A DNA stretch of 64,000 bases, taken from the NCBI GenBank assembly GCA_965223265.1, contig OZ244999.1, forward strand, positions 6,048,001 to 6,112,000, written 5' to 3'. Positions within the stretch are counted from its first letter, which is position 1, and each line of letters starts with the position of its first letter. This document shows positions 60,610 through 64,000 of the stretch, piece by piece. Under the pieces are notes generated by a model. That model searched no databases and was not told the DNA's origin. It was given only the letters and a program-made list of their open reading frames with translations. This stretch comes from Planctomycetota bacterium. Its GTDB lineage: Bacteria > Planctomycetota > UBA8108 > SXIK01. Position numbers and translations under genes: made by a program.

Positions 60610-61365
60610 ATGGAAAACCAAGTCGAACCGAGAATCACCGACGTCCTGTTGAAGGCGATATCGCGCGCAGAAGTTTACGTTCAATTGTTGGGAGATTTTC
60701 CACGACCGGAACGCTTCGACGGTGTGGGGCATCCTGACGCTGTTCGCGCGGATGGATCGAGTACTCGTGGGATTTTTTTGCTTGACGTTAGTTCAGCCAC
60801 AGAGCTGACGGACGGCCAACGGGACTTCTGGGATGGGGTGACGAGAGGACTTCGTTCGGACGAAGTCAAGCGAGGGTTTTTCAGGAGACTTCGGAAGGGA
60901 TTGGCGCATCGATACGCGATTTCGACGAGTGACGTCGAGGCCATAGACGCGCATGTCGACATCGTTCTCTCAGCTGATGTCGCTGGATACCGTATTGGGC
61001 CACATCCCGATGGGCCGGAAAAGATAGTGGTTGTACAGTTCTATCTTCCGTTCGATGAAATTCAGCGGGAGTTCGGCACGACTTTCTACCGCCGAAACCG
61101 AGAGGGCTCCTTCGTCACTCTGAGGAAGTGTGATTTCAAACCCAATTCAGGATTCGCATTCGCGAAGTCGCCCGAGAGTTGGCACGCCGTGCCTGAGCCA
61201 CTTCCAAAGTCGGCCAGCCCGCGGTGTTGCATCATGCTCAGGTACTTCGCTCCGGGGCACGCGCCCAGGCGGCTTGGCTATCGCTTTTGTGCTCCCGACG
61301 GTTGGCCGAAACAGCAGCGACCGCCGATCCCGGCTCAGAAGGCAAGCACGTGGTTCATTGACTAA
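60610..61365 (+). CDS. 2OG-Fe(II) oxygenase family protein
   Basis: GPHPD (HxD), QFYLP, GT..Y, F.PNSGF.F, SWHAV, distal R. Confidence 0.75.
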   Translation: MENQVEPRITDVLLKAISRAEVYVQLLGDFPRPERFDGVGHPDAVRADGSSTRGIFLLDVSSATELTDGQRDFWDGVTRGLRSDEVKRGFFRRLRKGLAHRYAISTSDVEAIDAHVDIVLSADVAGYRIGPHPDGPEKIVVVQFYLPFDEIQREFGTTFYRRNREGSFVTLRKCDFKPNSGFAFAKSPESWHAVPEPLPKSASPRCCIMLRYFAPGHAPRRLGYRFCAPDGWPKQQRPPIPAQKASTWFID

Positions 61366-61366
61366 G

Positions 61367-61930
61367 TCAACTTTTAGATTGAACGAATCTGTCAGAGAGG
61401 AATGCAAGAAGCCGTCTATTGTACTCGCGAGCCAAGGAAGTCCACTGACTCAGCGTAAGTCGTTGTGGCCGACCGGGGAACAACTGAGAGACTCGGAGCT
61501 GGGACTGCGCGATCTCGTTTGGGTCACGAAAACAACAAATGAAATGAGGATGCATCAGATGGGGGAGATATAGTCGAACCGTCAAGGTGGTCCGTGGATC
61601 CTTCCAACCCCACAAACTCTTTCCTTTACTCTCGTCACTCAGCAGGGCCTCTATCTCGTCAGAAAACCGTTTACCCTGAGCGACGATAGAGCTCTCACTT
61701 GGAGGCTCCCACCATGAACCACCGGCCGCTTCGAGGATGCGTTCGTTGAGGGCGATGAAACGTATGTTTTCCCAGAACCCCGTAGGATTGTCGCCATTTG
61801 GTGGGAGTAGGTCCTTCCCCATGTGGATCTCGTGCGCAAGGGACTTGGCGACGAGCGAAGTCGCACTTCGATGCATTCCAAGCACGACAAAGGTTTTTCT
61901 GTCTATGGAAGGTTGATCTCTTGCTACCAC
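61367..61930 (-). CDS. sulfotransferase (P-loop-like, Sulfotransfer_3 type)
   Basis: VLGMHRSATSL, N..GFWE, WGWKDPRT, CFRDP. Confidence 0.8.
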   Translation of the reverse strand: MVARDQPSIDRKTFVVLGMHRSATSLVAKSLAHEIHMGKDLLPPNGDNPTGFWENIRFIALNERILEAAGGSWWEPPSESSIVAQGKRFSDEIEALLSDESKGKSLWGWKDPRTTLTVRLYLPHLMHPHFICCFRDPNEIAQSQLRVSQLFPGRPQRLTLSQWTSLAREYNRRLLAFLSDRFVQSKS

Positions 61931-62048
61931 AACGATTCCTTCTCTGCTGCGCCTCGTATTGCCGAGCGGTCCTCATGATCCTAGGGCTACCAAGGGTGCC
62001 ATGTGGGAATCTCCCCGCACGGGCGGGCCGACGTTGGGACTATGAACC

Positions 62049-62642
62049 TCAATCGAGACATAGAAGTCTCTTGATCAGGGTTTCGTCATTTCTCGGGTCG
62101 ATCTTTCCTCCTTCTCGGATGCTTTTCGGTATCTTCGAGTTAAGGGCAGGGTTCGGTTTTCTAAAGTAATCAAATCCGACAAGTTGGAGGGAGCTGTAGA
62201 CTCTCACAAAATTCACGAAAAAGAAAACAGCCTTGCACCCGGCGCTTGGCCAAGATCCATGGCAGCGCTTGAATTCGTCTAAAACGTGGCTTTCCCAGCG
62301 ATAAGTTGCACGTTCCAAGTCTGGAGGCAACGATTCTTCGCGGAGTCTCAGAATATAGCGTGGCGGTGATGTGAACCGAGCATGGAGTTGTGTGTGATAA
62401 CTCCACGGGTCTGACAGTTCAGGTTTCCGAATGTTATTGACCCAGACATCCGTCCTTGATCCCATGCTCTCCAGAAACTTTCGGCGTGGATAGCCTTCGT
62501 TAAACCGGACAACAATGTCGTGGGACTCTATGAATTGGGCTCTCGCACCGCTGGATGTTTCGATTCCATTTCCGACAAGGACAATAGACTTTCGTGAGCA
62601 GAATCTTCGAATCTCGGTTAAACCAACCACTGTGTGAGCCAA
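62049..62642 (-). CDS. GT29 sialyltransferase-like protein
   Basis: IVLVGNG...IESHDIVVRFN...GSRTD (sialylmotif L-like), PSAG...LVGFD (S-like); start uncertain. Confidence 0.7.
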   Translation of the reverse strand: MAHTVVGLTEIRRFCSRKSIVLVGNGIETSSGARAQFIESHDIVVRFNEGYPRRKFLESMGSRTDVWVNNIRKPELSDPWSYHTQLHARFTSPPRYILRLREESLPPDLERATYRWESHVLDEFKRCHGSWPSAGCKAVFFFVNFVRVYSSLQLVGFDYFRKPNPALNSKIPKSIREGGKIDPRNDETLIKRLLCLD

Positions 62643-62781
62643 CCTTCATGAGACAACTCCGCAATTCGGAGACTATGATCGATGATCGAATTGCATAGAC
62701 CGCCTCGCCACAGTATAGCGGTTCTACTAATGGTGCAGAAGTACTTTTCGAGTTGCGTGAGACGTGGCGTCGGGGCCGTGG

Positions 62782-63431
62782 ATGAGTGATACAGTGTCCA
62801 TTATGGAGACATTGTTCGCTTGCTTAAACGGCTGTCGTGCGAAGGCATATCCCTATCCGCATTGGCTGCTGAGCGACGTGTTTCCTCGCGCGGTATGCGA
62901 AGCGATCGTGGCACTGCCAGGGTCAGCGAGGGTGACAGTGCAGGGGAACGGAGAGTAAACGATCGGGAGCGGTTCTTCTTCTCGAGTTCCCACTGTGAAA
63001 GATTCGTTAGTTGCCGGTATGTGGCGGACGCGATGCAGCACAAGGAGACAGTGAAGAAGCTCGAGCGCATCGGCGGAATTTGTCTGACTGGGAGTTTTCT
63101 TCGTATCGAATATTGCCAGGACGTGGACGGCTTTTGGCTCGAGCCTCACAGGGATCTAGGCGTGAAGCTCCTTACGATTCAGACGTACCTTTCGATTGGT
63201 GCTGAGTCGAAAAAGTGGGGAACTGATCTCCTCGATGCGAATCTGAGAGTGGTGTCGACTACATCTTTCACGTTCAACTGTGGCCTTATGTTCGTCCCGG
63301 GGGAGAATACGTGGCACGGTTTCCGGAAACGACCGATCAAGGGAGTCCGTCGTTCCATGATCGTAAATTACGTATCTAAAGAATGGAGAAACACACATCA
63401 GTTGGCGTTTCCCGGTCAACCAGTAGGTTGA
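62782..63431 (+). pseudogene. 2OG-Fe(II) oxygenase with frameshift near 62945
   Basis: YPYPHWLLSDVFP in one frame; LRIEYCQD.DGFWLEPHRD, WHGF, RRSMIVNYV in another. Confidence 0.75.
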
Positions 63432-63673
63432 GGCTGAGTCAGAGTGGGCGGCATGTGCACAGCGCTTTGGTGCTTGGGTTCCTTCGTCTGCGGCGACGGT
63501 GAGCGGGCGAACTGCTCACCACAATCCTTGGTAATTGTCGTCATCAAGTGACTGTCACCGGTGATCAAGAAAAGACACTATTCGGTGACTAAGCGACGCC
63601 CCCGCACCGCTGGGTCGGCGTCATGACTTTTAGGATTTTTGTGCGCGAAACACCGTCATCGTACAATTGACGT

Positions 63674-64000
63674 TCAGACCTCAGACTTGTCAACAGTCCC
63701 CAGCACAGCGGCGATATACTGACCGACCATGCCGGTGCATCGTGACTCCTTGAGTGAGTTGACGGCGTCCTCTAGTTCTTTCGGCGCAGTCGGTCTATGG
63801 TCAAAGCGCTTACAACTGACTTCGGTTTGATTCCAAAGCTCCACGAATCGAGCGGTCCGTACGGGATCAATCTCTGTCACCAGACGGGTCCCAAGCCTAA
63901 ACACTTCGCTGCATTGCCAGTCTCCCATGCAGTCACGACAGCGATCGACTGCAATCGACGCGAGTCCTTCGCAGACCGTCAGTCGCAATTCGTAGTAAAG
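63674..64000 (-). CDS. hypothetical protein, probably partial
   Basis: ORF near the window edge; no recognisable motif. Confidence 0.3.
   Translation of the reverse strand, partial: LYYELRLTVCEGLASIAVDRCRDCMGDWQCSEVFRLGTRLVTEIDPVRTARFVELWNQTEVSCKRFDHRPTAPKELEDAVNSLKESRCTGMVGQYIAAVLGTVDKSEV

Overview
This GC-rich bacterial window is probably from a Planctomycetota genome, inferred from the ECF sigma/Ser-Thr kinase-WD40 pair, a dockerin-like secreted protein and a DUF1580-type HTH. It is almost entirely accessory DNA, organised around a tRNA-Pro 3' fragment (att site, 19815-19862) flanked by two divergent tyrosine integrases. Left of the att site is a decayed integrative element (integrase, excisionase-like HTH, RHH, phage-like protein, DUF927-like NTPase) carrying ECF/kinase and large secreted-protein cargo. 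Right of it is a glycosylation island: GT2, GT4, GT6, GT29-like and Maf-like transferases, sulfotransferases, methyltransferases, a pyruvyl transferase and 2OG oxygenases, with no export or polymerase genes seen. Its two TPR glycosyltransferases run directly into an Rhs/YD protein with an Ntox44-like tip. The island is riddled with nested IS elements (IS256, ISNCY, ISL3, IS4, IS21, IS66-like). Three observations stand out. (1) A large-serine-recombinase element inserted in an IS21 istA gene has a DUF5372 gene split across its att sites, which gains an ATG only when the element circularises. (2) The island may encode an Rhs-protein glycosylation system. (3) An oversized IS21 carries wHTH, ParB and passenger genes. 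All family assignments come from motif recognition by eye, not database searches.
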